Assembly: GCF_009914755.1 (NCBI RefSeq)
Contig: NC_060931.1
Strand: one strand, 5' to 3'
Origin: the human T2T-CHM13v2.0 reference genome, Homo sapiens
DNA length: 64,000 bases
Shown piece by piece: positions 1 to 13,471 of the stretch (positions are counted from its first letter, which is position 1; every line of letters begins with the position of its first letter). The notes beneath the pieces are model-generated. The model made no database searches. It saw only the letters and a program-made list of their open reading frames with translations, and had not been told where the DNA came from. Made by a program: the position numbers and the translations under genes.

Positions 1-344
1 CAAAGTCCTGGCTTTCCCAAAAGTGGGAATCCTCACAAGACTATAAGTAGCATGGCTCTATAACAGACTTAGCATTTTTAAACATTATTTTTAGTGTATC
101 TTTTACCTTTTATTCCTCAAGGACAAGATTTTGTCTTTTATTCATAGATCATTAGTACCTAACATAGTAAATTTCATACAGTAAGCACTCAATAAAACAT
201 CTGTCCAAAGAGTAATGGAAGAATTTTGAAGTAAATATTGCCTTAAGTAAGTAAATTGAGACTTCTTTTTAACATTTAGATTTAAAAAAAAAAGAAAAGA
301 AGAGAAAATACTACATAGTTCTGTGATGATAACAAGAAATATGT

Positions 345-470
345 GGCTGGGCATGGTGGCTCACATCTATAATCCCAACACCCTGGGAGACCAAGGCAGA
401 AGGATCACTTGAGCCAGGAGTTCAAGATCCATAGCAAGACTCTGTCTCTACTTAAATTTTTAAAAATAAT
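345..470 (+). mobile_element. Alu monomer (FLAM-like)
   Basis: ggctgggcatggtggctcacatctataatccca...agcaagactctgtctct followed by an A-rich tail; single arm. Confidence 0.85.
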
Positions 471-3400
471 TAAAATTTAAAAAATCTAACATTAAACCAG
501 CATAATGTAGTAAGACATAAAAAAGAGTGAGTCAAAATTTTAACTGGAATTTTAAAAAGAAAATATAACTGCAAAGTCAAAAAAACTAACTCACTACTCT
601 TCAATTTCAAAAAAGAATCTAATGACAGCAAATATTAGATCACGTATATAAGATCTTTACAATACACATATCAAGTTGCATTAACTTTACAAATTCCCTG
701 GTCCTGTCCTTCTAGTCAGTCTTCATCTTCTACAGAGGTGCTTTCCTGATCCTAAGAAGCATATTTTGAACGTGAGTTGCTTTTAACATTTTCATGCAGG
801 TAAAATCATTATCAGTAGACTGCCTCTTCCAAAGCCTCTGGATAAAGTCAACTGATTAAAATGCTGGCATCACTCAGTGCTGAGTAGAGGAAGGGGCTGG
901 TATACTCTTCCAGAATCTAGAGTGGGATTAACAGCTTCCCCAGCTAAAGCAATTCTTCCAAAGGGGAAAGTTTTGATCTGATCCTATTTTAAAACTTCAA
1001 CAACAGGGCCATCATGACTTTGCCCTTCAAAGAGCTTCAATAAAGCTAGCTGCTAAAACAACTGTGGGAAGAAAAAGCCTGGACTCACATCTAAGGAGAC
1101 AGAAACCTAAATGTCAGCTGTTAGTGAGCCAGAAAGATGTGGGGGGTGTGGGGTAAGGGGTGGGAATCGTTTTATTTCACAGTCCCAACATCACATCAGC
1201 TCCCGTGCTTTCACCCTCGCTCTCCTGAAAGACAACTTTTTAATTACTTCACATGTGTGAAACACAATCTTTACTTTCCTGCAGACTGCAACATTTGAGT
1301 TCTAAATAAAGAGGAACGAAGCAATGCTTGGCCATTACTCAAAGAGTCCCACATATTAGAATTAAGAATGGCAGCAATAGGGGCCCTCCAAAATAGCAGG
1401 AGCAATGCTAACCTTTCTGGGGTGACTCCCACATCAATTATGGGTTCTGAAGATGCCCACCTCTCCAGCTGGGGATCAAGGAACTAACAAACAACAGCAG
1501 GCTTGCGATCACTGTCCACACCGCACAGTACTGGTTTGGAGGGTGGTGGGATACATAATCTGAGACCCTAAAGCATGTATAAAATATATACATATGGGGA
1601 AGGGAGAAAGAACTTTATACCTCTAAACATTAATGATAGATGACAGAATTATAACAATACTGATTTTCTTTGTAATTTTTTGTTTTCCAAGTGTTCTATA
1701 ATATTCTTGTATTAATTTAGTAATTAGTGGAAAACTCAGTGAAACACAACCATTAAAATGTGACCACACAAAAACGTATTTATCAGTATAAAAACTTTTA
1801 CCACATGGCCTAAATGTTTTAATGTGAAGGTTATTGTAACAGTTATACAAAAGAGTGTATACTATTATCTATGTTTGGAGAAATACCGTTATACACATAA
1901 AATCAAATGTTTTATACCAACTCAGTGGGAAGTAAAAAGGAATATAAACACAACAAACCAAAATGTTAACAGTAACTATCTCTGAATTGTAGTACATTGA
2001 GTGATTTTAGTATCCCTTTGTATTTATTTTCTAATCTTGATCCAATGAATATGTATGTCTTCCATAATAATAAATAACAACAATAAAGGGAGAAATCTGG
2101 TAAATAAATTGGGAACTGCCCAATAACTAAATGTCACTGGCAGCCATGTTGCTGTGGCCATGGCAGACCATGCAAATGTCTGACAACACTCTGGGAAGGA
2201 AGGGACTCTCTCAATCAGCTGTCATCCTATGGCATAAATTCCACTTTTATTCCCTAAGTGCTTTGAGGGCTCTATTTGGCAAATATTACAACAGATGCTG
2301 AAATACAGGAGTTGTGAGTACTACAATTTGTCATCTATACCACACAACCAGAATCTGTAAATAAGAGATCTACAAATCAGAATGTACGAGGCCAGTTTCT
2401 CATGCTTCACCAGCTACACAAAGCAGTAAAGACAGACAATAGACAAGATTTATTAGGTAAAACAGAACAGACTGCAGATATGCTATTCCAATCAAAACAT
2501 GTTGCTTAATATTTTAGTTATGTTGAGTAACAAATCTTTTGATACTTTCACATTTTTTTGTGAAATCTCTTTTTATGTCTTGCTGAGTGTGTGTATATAT
2601 TTAATGAGTTTTTTGAGTTTTTGAATCTTGCTGGTCTCCATAAACTAAGAGAGTAAGACAGTATGTCCAAATTCAGGCAAAAAGAGGTGGAGAAAGAGTG
2701 CTTCAAAGATAAGATTCAAAAGAGTAAAAGCTGGGAGGCAAAGAGAAATGCCAACCAAGGTATTCTTCTGCCCGCTGGAAACTAAGAGTTTTGCTCTCGT
2801 ACCTTCCTCAAACATGAGCACTATTAACCTCCTCCACTACATCCTTAGCTTCCAAATTTGGAGACTTTAATATACATAGAAATGACTTTTCAACCCACTG
2901 ACCTGATATTTTTTCAGCTTCCTCAAAAAATCCTTCAGCTTAGACGTACAACAAATTTAATTTTCAGTTGAGTTACTCAAAACTTACTGTCTTTAATTCT
3001 GAAATTATTCCCCTTTCACAATGACTGACTTTGCTTCCACCTCTCTTATTCCCTTTGTTCCACTCAACACATGTACTGTTCTTAGGGCAGCTGCCAGTCA
3101 GTCCACTGACATTTCTTTCTTGGTCTACCACCTCTATTCTGGCTTCACTATTTGCCCATGCAACCGGGACCCCAGATTTGTCACTGAAGAAACTGATTCA
3201 TTACGCATGGACTTCCTTTCATGTTCTCTGTTTGCAGCTGGTCATGGGTTGGTCTTTCAGAGAAGTGACTAAGGTAAAGAATGGGAGAGACTAGAAATGA
3301 GCCTTCTTCTTAGAAAGTTTTAGTGTTTCCCAATTGCCTAGTGAACTAGGAAAATCCCCCTCACTCTTCAGTTCAAAGTTCTCCATTCCATGGTCCCATT

Positions 3401-3984
3401 TTCCCTGTCCAGTGAGTTCCCAACTGTGCTCCAATGAGGACTAAAGGTTCCGAGGAGTAACATCTGGGTTTCTAGGAAGGCCGAAGTGGAGGCTAAGCAG
3501 TCAACACTCCAGGTTTCACCCAGAGCAGCTCCACTTTTATCTATCAAATAACAATAAGAAATTGCTTAATAAATTATGTTGAATACAAAAGGCAGAACAT
3601 TATTCAGCCATTAAAAACTACATTTCAGAAAAATGTTCAGTGACATAGGAAAATGTTCATGAGGCTTAACACCATCTATAGCATTATCTAAATGTTTCAA
3701 TATGTTAAAAAGCCTAGAAAAAAATAATCTCGAGGAAAACACACACTGGTGTAAACCATGGTTATATCAGAAAGACAGATTGATGGGTGTCTTTTAAACC
3801 TTCTTCTGTCTGTTAGTAATACTTTTAAAGACAACAACAAAAACATGTCTATGTAATCTTTTAAAAGATTAAAAAATATTTTCTTTTTAAAAAAATTATC
3901 TTAGAAAAGACTGTTCCCCAAGGCCCTGGCTCTACATTTTCTCTTCCCTAAACCCCAGGCAGTGATTGATCAAACCTTACTCAC

Positions 3985-4057
3985 CTTTGCCAGAGTCTTC
4001 CAGACTAACATCTGGTAGTTGCCAGCCACGAGAGAAAGAAGCCTACATTGCTGACCC
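3985..4057 (-). other. CHCHD3: Candidate alternative cassette exon of CHCHD3 (73-nt stop-containing form, or 27-nt in-frame form 3985-4011)
   Basis: Consensus donor AAG|gtgagt at 3985/3984. Two upstream CAG acceptors (4058-4060 and 4012-4014), each preceded by a pyrimidine-rich tract. No transcript evidence available here. Confidence 0.4.
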
Positions 4058-4109
4058 CTGAGGTTTCAAAGACAATAAAACCAAAGGCAAAGGACAAAAA
4101 AAGAAGACA

Positions 4110-4499
<390 letters not shown>

Positions 4500-4684
4500 T
4501 TAAAGTCCTTGATGGTTAAACCTAAACTGTAAGCTACTTATAAAAGGCAAAAATCAAAATCTGAGCAAAGAGAACATGAATAATATTATCAACACTAAAA
4601 GCTGGCACAGAGTACTTAGCTCTTCCCAAACATCAGAGATTTCCTTGTAGGCAAGAAAATTTCTCCTACATTTTTAATACTCAC

Positions 4685-4802
4685 CAGGTGCTTTGCCTTA
4701 GCGCGTTCCTCCTCGCTACATATCCTCTCCCGAAGGATGGCTCTGGTTAACTGCTCATTGGCAGCAGCCCTCTCTCGGTCCAGCTCTTTGGCTTGCTTTA
4801 GT
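4685..4802 (-). CDS. CHCHD3: CHCHD3/MIC19 internal coding exon (probably exon 4), 118 nt, coiled-coil region
   Basis: Minus strand reads ...gtcattttag|A CTA AAG CAA ... AAG CAC CTG|gtgagta, with canonical AG/GT. Translation LKQAKELDRERAAANEQLTRAILRERICSEEERAKAKHL matches human MIC19 as I recall it. Starts in phase 2, ends in phase 0. Confidence 0.97.
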
Positions 4803-5082
4803 CTAAAATGACAAGAATTGTCTAAGTTAGAAAAAATATTTTATTAGTTGACATTATTTTCTATCAAATGAAATAATTTAAAAATAGAAACACATAGCCA
4901 AAAAGGTCAACAGCTGAAATCATCTTGGCCCATAATCTATCAAAAAAGCAGGTATAGAGGTAAATCCCCATGCAGCCTCCACTCAAGCATTTCAAATAAC
5001 CAAATTCAAATACATGAAGAAGCTTATTAATTTGGCTGCCAAATATAACTAAGTTTTACAAAGTTCTTCTTATGTAAAATTA

Positions 5083-5512
<430 letters not shown>

Positions 5513-5739
5513 TCAACTCGTCCATTTACTGAATGCACACCAGGCACTGTGCTAGGCATTGAGGACACAGCGATAAACAAGATGGACAGGTCACTGTCAT
5601 TGTGGATGTTACAGCACAGCAGAGAAGCCAGACATTATGGAACTAATAAGGACATCTTTCCTCCCAGTATATTACCCCTATTTTCCAACAATCCTCATAT
5701 GCAAATATGACCACGCCTTTCAACTGCAGGGCTCCTCAC

Positions 5740-5945
5740 TTCTGGAATGACTCCAATCGATCTGTTAGCTCCAAACTAAACCTAACCCTCCAGACATGCT
5801 CTAGCAAACTAAGACAGGAGAATCTTACTTCCCTAGATCTGTACACAATACTAATTCTATTAATGAAGCATAAGATTGCATTAGATTTCTCAGTAGCCTC
5901 ATCACACAATTAGATCATATTAAGTTACAACCCACTAAAACCCCT
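5740..5945. mobile_element. CR1/L3-like relic
   Basis: ttaatgaagcataagattgcattag...catcacac...catattaag...actaaaacccc resembles the recalled L3 consensus. Confidence 0.45.
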
Positions 5946-6700
5946 CATTGTACATGATAAAGATAAATTACTTTGGCACTGATTTTTGCCATAGTGCCTG
6001 GCACATAGAGGCATTCAGTAATCACTGAATCACTGAAGATTTCAGTCTAATCTCATGAACAAAGATTTTCTGACTGCCTTTTCTTCTTTGAGAGAATAAC
6101 CCTACTATACCATCATATCCCTGAAGGTATAGCTATGCTTTAAAAAGGAAAAGTAAAATTGTTATGTTGGTGTAAGTGAAATTCTGAGTGAAATCTACTT
6201 TATACGTGTGAATGATGAGCACCAAATTCTACTCAGTACTAGCTTATCAAATTTTAGTTTTAAAAAGATTTTTGAAAAAAACTAGAGATAAAATTTTGTG
6301 TTACTATTTTTAAATTGCTACATCATCCTGATACTCTGGAATTCTCAGAAATCAACTACAACAGAAAAAAAAAAGTCACCTTGTGAGATATATTCCAAAG
6401 TTATCATCCTTTTCCCCTAAAAATCAAAGCTGTGTAGTTTTGTGTCTTAAATAAAAAAAAAGAGGACTAGAAACAAGTTAAAATCTGTATTTCGAAATTC
6501 TCTAATGCAAAAGTAACCTTTGGGAAACTTCCTAAGCAATAAGCACAATGACACTCATACAAACCAAATTTCTCTAAATTATTTCACAAGGACCATACAA
6601 TAAATTCAGCAACATCAATGATATCAACACATTAACACCACTGGATATGTGTAATTGTAAGAGAACAGCAATAATTAGAAGTCACACCACTTCCTAGAAC

Positions 6701-6886
6701 AGCAGTTCTAAAACTACAGTCCACAAACCAGCTGCAGTAGCATCAGCTGGGAGTCTGTTAGAAATGCAGCTTCTCTGATTCCATCCCACACTTGCTGAAT
6801 CAGAAACTCTAGGGATAGTGCCTAGCAAACTGTCTTTTCATAAGCCCTCTAGAATTCTGATGCATGCTAAAGTTTAAGACTACAGC
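6701..6886. mobile_element. MER5A (hAT-Charlie)
   Basis: gcatcagctgggagtctgttagaaatgcag...tgaatcagaaactct...attctgatgcatgctaaagttt. Confidence 0.8.
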
Positions 6887-7494
6887 CCTTAATTACCAAA
6901 ATACACTTGTACTCAAATAAATCCTGGAGGTAAATGAAAGTAACATCAAAAATGAAGTGCTCCCCATGAGAATATTGTGCAAATAACTGCTGAGGTTATC
7001 ATATCAGATTACAATACTGTATTTAACGCATTTGTATGGACATCTTACCCCTAAGTAAAAAAGCATTACCTATTTTTACCAGTGAGGTGGAAACTAAAAT
7101 AAAATAATAAAATTACTATCATTTATGGATCAACTACTAAGCACTGTGCTAGGCACTTTACAAACATATATAAAATGTTTATTCAAATTCTATTATTAGT
7201 TCATGAACATAAAATGAATTCTGTTCAACTGAATTATCACATCTACCACATTTGGTGTATCTAATTTTAAAGTACTGTTTAAAAATTACTACTTTTTTTT
7301 TCCATTTTAGTTTACTTATGTATGGCTTAGATTTTAATTACATATGGAGTTCTACATGGTTCAACTTTAAGAAATACAGGATCATAAGGATTTTGGCAAG
7401 TTAATGAAAAAGAAGCAAAACATGAGCACAAAAGCCTTCAATGTGATAATAAAAATAAACATATTTAGCTTGCCATGACTGGTACAGATATGCA

Positions 7495-7700
7495 AACTCT
7501 GGGTCCAAATCAAGGCTCTAAACTTCCTATCTGAATAAGTACTTTATTTAATCTCCGGTGAGTCCTGTTATTCTCATGGGTAAAATGAAATAGTGTAATA
7601 CCTACCTTACAGCGTTCTATATAAACAAGGCACTCAGCACAATGCCCATAACATAATATACACTCAATAAATGTTAGGTAAGTAGCAGTAATAATAATAG
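7495..7700 (+). mobile_element. MIR
   Basis: ctgggtccaaatc...ctcatgggtaaaatgaaatagtgtaatacctacct...cactcaataaatgttag. Confidence 0.65.
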
Positions 7701-10438
7701 TACCCACTATGCGGGTAGGAATACAGAGAAAGCAGTGATTTTACGAAATGAAGAAGACAATCTCCAAATTCACTAACTACAATGCCATCTCCATCATCTT
7801 TTCCAATTTTTCACCAATAAATTATGCTTTATTTTTATGATCTCTAAGGACTTCTAAAATCACAAATTGACTCTACTAACTCCAGCAGCTAGACCCTTTC
7901 ACAAGCTGCTTCCTTTCCCTCTTGTCCATAGTTCCATAAGGACAACGATTTGCCCTATTTTTGTTCACTGCTATATCCCCCATACTTATAAAAGTGCCTG
8001 CCACATATCAAACACGCAAGAAAAAGTTGTTGATGTATGCATGTGTGAATGAATGAATGAATAAATAAATAAATGGCATATTTCTAACCACAAACAAAAC
8101 AAGGAAAACAAACTGCAAAAGAACACAAGGCGATGGTATATAAGAAACAACTAACGAGACAAACTGTATCCTCCAAGGGCTTAGCCACCATGTTAGATGT
8201 GGCACATCTGTGATATAATCCCAGGCTACATTAAATAGCCTACAACAGGAGGTGCCACAACAGTCCAGAGCCCCTCCAACATCAACACCTAACTATATTT
8301 GACACCTGGATTGAAAGAGGATTGGCAGTGGTGCAAACTGACTAAAAAGAATATTATTTTCCTTTCTTAATAAATTCTTATACTTTCATTCATCCTTACA
8401 AATAGAACTGCACAAATTCTCAAATGTTTTTAAAGGAATGTTTATAAATTTTAAAAAAACTTTTTTTAAGGTCTGTATGGTGACTGTTTAAGAAACCAAA
8501 TTTTTTGTCATCAGGGAGTTTGGCAGTAGGACTCTGAACAAATTCTCATTTCCTATCAACAACTTAGCTGTACAATCTAATAAGCCTCAGTTTCCTCAGT
8601 TTTAAAATTTGAAGGTTGAACTACTATATAATCTTATGGTCCTTTGCATATAAACATTCTAAAAAGTCTATACCTTAAACATATTATTCCTCATTCCATA
8701 AAAAATCTTGAAAAAGGTGGTGGCAGGGGATAAATAAAACAGAGGGGCATTATATTATCTCCCAGCTTGATACTGTTATAATTTCTACTCGATGGGCACA
8801 TATACTTCTACTGTAATCCTGAGATTTCTCACTACAGTACTCAACAAAAACTACACACTGGAATTCATAAATTTATTCAGTATATAATTACTAGGTGAAA
8901 GGGACTACTCTGGTTACTGAGAATGAAGTAGTGAGCAAGAGACACAGTCCCTACTTTCATGAGCCATGATTACAAATAACAGATGCATTATTTTTAAAAA
9001 GTTAGGTAGGTATCTATGACACTGCATGGGTGGGACTGATATTTAACTTGAGCTCTACAGGACATTAACTGAGCAACATGGGGAAGGAGAAAGTGTCTTA
9101 GGCAGAGGAAACATCAGTTGGGTCCAGAAGCACCAAGAAAGGATTTCCTTCAGTTAGATTCCTGTGACACTTAGAAGGGTCTCTGAGGCATGAAATCACC
9201 TCTGCAAAGAATTTTACTTGCTTTCAGATTCTCTTGGAGGACAGAGTTTCAATGGTATACTGACTGAGGTTCAGTTTTGACCAGTGCCCAAAGATGAGAA
9301 GCTTCTAAGTTGTACCATTTCCCATTTAAAAGCAATAGATTTGAAACTTCAAAATTGTACCATTCTCCATTTCCCCAACCCTCCCCTCCAAAATATTGCA
9401 TGGCAATTATTTTCTTCTAAGTTTCCTCTTTCAATGGTTCCTGTAAATTCTTTACTGAGCCAAAACCACTTTGCAAAGAAAAACTGCTTATGTTTTCAGA
9501 AACCCCCAATTACTTTCAAAGCTTCCTCTCTGGCCCCTTGGTTTTATACCGCATGGAGCTATACTATTCAACAGCCATCTGCAAAAGGTAGATGAGCTGT
9601 CAACCAATTTTTCTCTTTTTGAACCAAATAAGACAGCCCTGCCATCTGGGCCTCTCTGAAAACTACTGCCCAGATAGTGGAGCTATAAAATCAGAAGCCA
9701 TGTTGTTTTGGGAACACTTCACTAAGGAGAGAAGACCCAGGCTCTCACTGACCAAGGGAAGGCAGGACTTTATATGTAAAGGCAGGAGATAAAATAAGTC
9801 TCTCATTATTAACTTGGGTTTCCAAAGATTTAAGAATTATCTCAAAACAAAACTAAACATGCCAAGTATCTTAGAGAATACATTCCTTTTTTATTTATTG
9901 GCATTTCCCACTTAATATTTTAGATCTCCTGCTCTAATATATTCTACATTAAGTCCCTGATTTAAGTTTCATTTAAATTTCTTTCTTTTAAATACATATC
10001 TCTCCTCATTTAAATTCTCTAGAGTTTCAAGCAAAGAAGTAGGAGTTTAGTGTAAACTTTTCTTGTTTGCATTAAGTAATTGGATAGCTTGCCTAAGCTT
10101 AATGAAACAAATACCAGTCAGTGCTGCCCTTAGACCTCAAGCCCTAGCAACTTAGCTCTTTCCTCAGTATATTGTCAATCAGGCGAGGGACTTAAGGTAC
10201 ACCAGCAAAATGAATTCCTAAAAGCCAGCCAAATCTCCTATAATAAATATTATTACATGTCCTTTTAAATGGGAAAACAAATTAACTACTTATAAAACAT
10301 TCAACTTTCATGGACAGCAGGTATAAAATCTAGTTCTCTATATTTTAGTCCCAGGGTAAAAACTAGCCAGTTTGACTTTACTCTAAAGAACCTCAAGTTT
10401 TTAAGAAAGTAGAAAGAGAATTTTAAAGATAACTTTAG

Positions 10439-10927
<489 letters not shown>

Positions 10928-11776
10928 TAAACTTTCCTATAGGAATTAGTTTCCATTATACTACTCACCTTTGTGGTCATGTAAGGACAGTTTTTAAATC
11001 TTACATTATTCACGGTTATTTTAAAATAGGCTCTTTTAAAATTTGTGTATACTACACTAAGTCAGAGTTTGCCAGAGTCTAAATTATTACCACCCCTTTC
11101 CCAAAGTGGTTTGGCTTTTAATGGCCCTAAATGTTTTTCTGAATTTGGATACTGCTCATTTGGCCATTCACAAATACTCAGATTTATCTTCATGTAGGTT
11201 GACACATAAGTAATTCTATACAATTCTAGCTTAGAAAATTACTTTATAAATGTAATACATAAGGCCATTACACTATGGAGAGAAAGTTGATAAGAACTTC
11301 AGATAATGGGTAAGAATAAATGGGAAACGGAGATTGCTAGAGATAAAGTGATTTGACTAAATGACTTATCTAAAGTTGAACCGTGACCGTTATACATAGG
11401 CAATATATACAAGATACTGCAATGCACTTGATGCAGAAAGGCTATTTCAAACACTGAAAGAGAAAAATGAGTGACGACAACCTCAAAGGTCATTTTAATG
11501 CTAACAATGAATTTTATTTTAACGCATCATATTTTGTCAGAACCTGCCGAACCAGCATTCAAGATACTGTTTACCATCCATTTTTAAACAGAAGAGCTAA
11601 GCTGGGTAATTCAATGAAGTAATTATTAGACTATTAAAAATAAGGACAAAACACGTATACAGTTTTTGATTAATAAGACTTGACAAAAATAAGGGAACAG
11701 AGAAGCTTAACACTTCTCAGCTCAAATCGTTTCAAATCCTGGAAGAAAATATATGTGGATTGAGATTCCAAAATAA

Positions 11777-12179
<403 letters not shown>

Positions 12180-12556
12180 TAAGCATTTGATGGGTGTAAC
12201 TCATTTAATCCTCACAACAACCCTATTAAATCAATTATATTTCGGATGAAAAGCTGAGGCACAGAGAAATTATGTAAAATTGAGGCCTACAGAACTTTTA
12301 AGTACAGCTGAACCTTCAATAACACACGTTTGGACTGTGTAGAACCACATATGTGCATTTTTTTTTCAATAAATATATTGAACATTTTTTTGAAGACTTG
12401 TAGCAATTTGATAAAACTCACAGATGAATCACATATCTATAAATATAAATAAATTTTTAAAGTATGTCATGAATGCATAAAATATGTTGATTCTGGTCAG
12501 TTTTATCATTCACTATCATAAAATATATACGAATCTATTATTAAAAAGTTAAAATT

Positions 12557-12846
<290 letters not shown>

Positions 12847-13471
12847 AGTTAAAATGTATCAAAATGTATGCACACAAACAGACTGTACATGGCACCATCT
12901 GCAGTGGACGGAAACGTAAACAGAGGTAAAGATGCAGTATTAAGTCATAACTGCATAAAATTAACTATAGTACATACTGTATTGCTATAATTCAGTAGGC
13001 ACCTCCTGTTGCTATTGTAGCGAGCTCAGGAGTTACGAGTATCTGCTTAACACACTGTGATGCTAATCATCGAGTGAGCAGTTAGTCTCTCCAGTAAATT
13101 GCATACTGCAGTAAAAAGTGATCTTTTGAGGTTCTCGTGTATTTTTCATTGTTTATTACAATACCATAACTTTGCATCACATCATGGGACCCATACAAAG
13201 TGTCACTAGTGATGCTAGAAGTGCTCCCGAGAAGCAGAGAAAAGTCATGACATTAGAGGAAAAAAAAGTTGAATTGCTTGGTAAGTACCATAGATTGAGG
13301 TCTGCAGCTGCAGTTTCCTGCCACTTTGAGATAAGTGAATCCAGCATAAGGACTGTTGTAGAAAAAGAAAAGAAAATTCACGAAGCCTTCAATGCAGCTA
13401 TGCCAGCAGGTCCAAAACCCCTGCATGTTTTGAGAAATACCTTTTAATCTTGTATTGAAAATACAACTTCT

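Noticed and set aside
10963-10975. Consensus donor AAG|GTGAGT on the gene strand (similar GTGAGT sites near 35358-35363 and 63281-63286)
   Set aside because: I found no convincing acceptor or pyrimidine tract at exon distance for the 10963 site, and isolated decoy donors are expected in long introns.
13172-13447. ORF resembling a CENP-B/TIGD HTH protein (possible domesticated transposase)
   Set aside because: It has a non-ATG start and ends at a stop before the SVA, and the downstream catalytic region has multiple stops and frameshifts. It is a decayed Tigger2.
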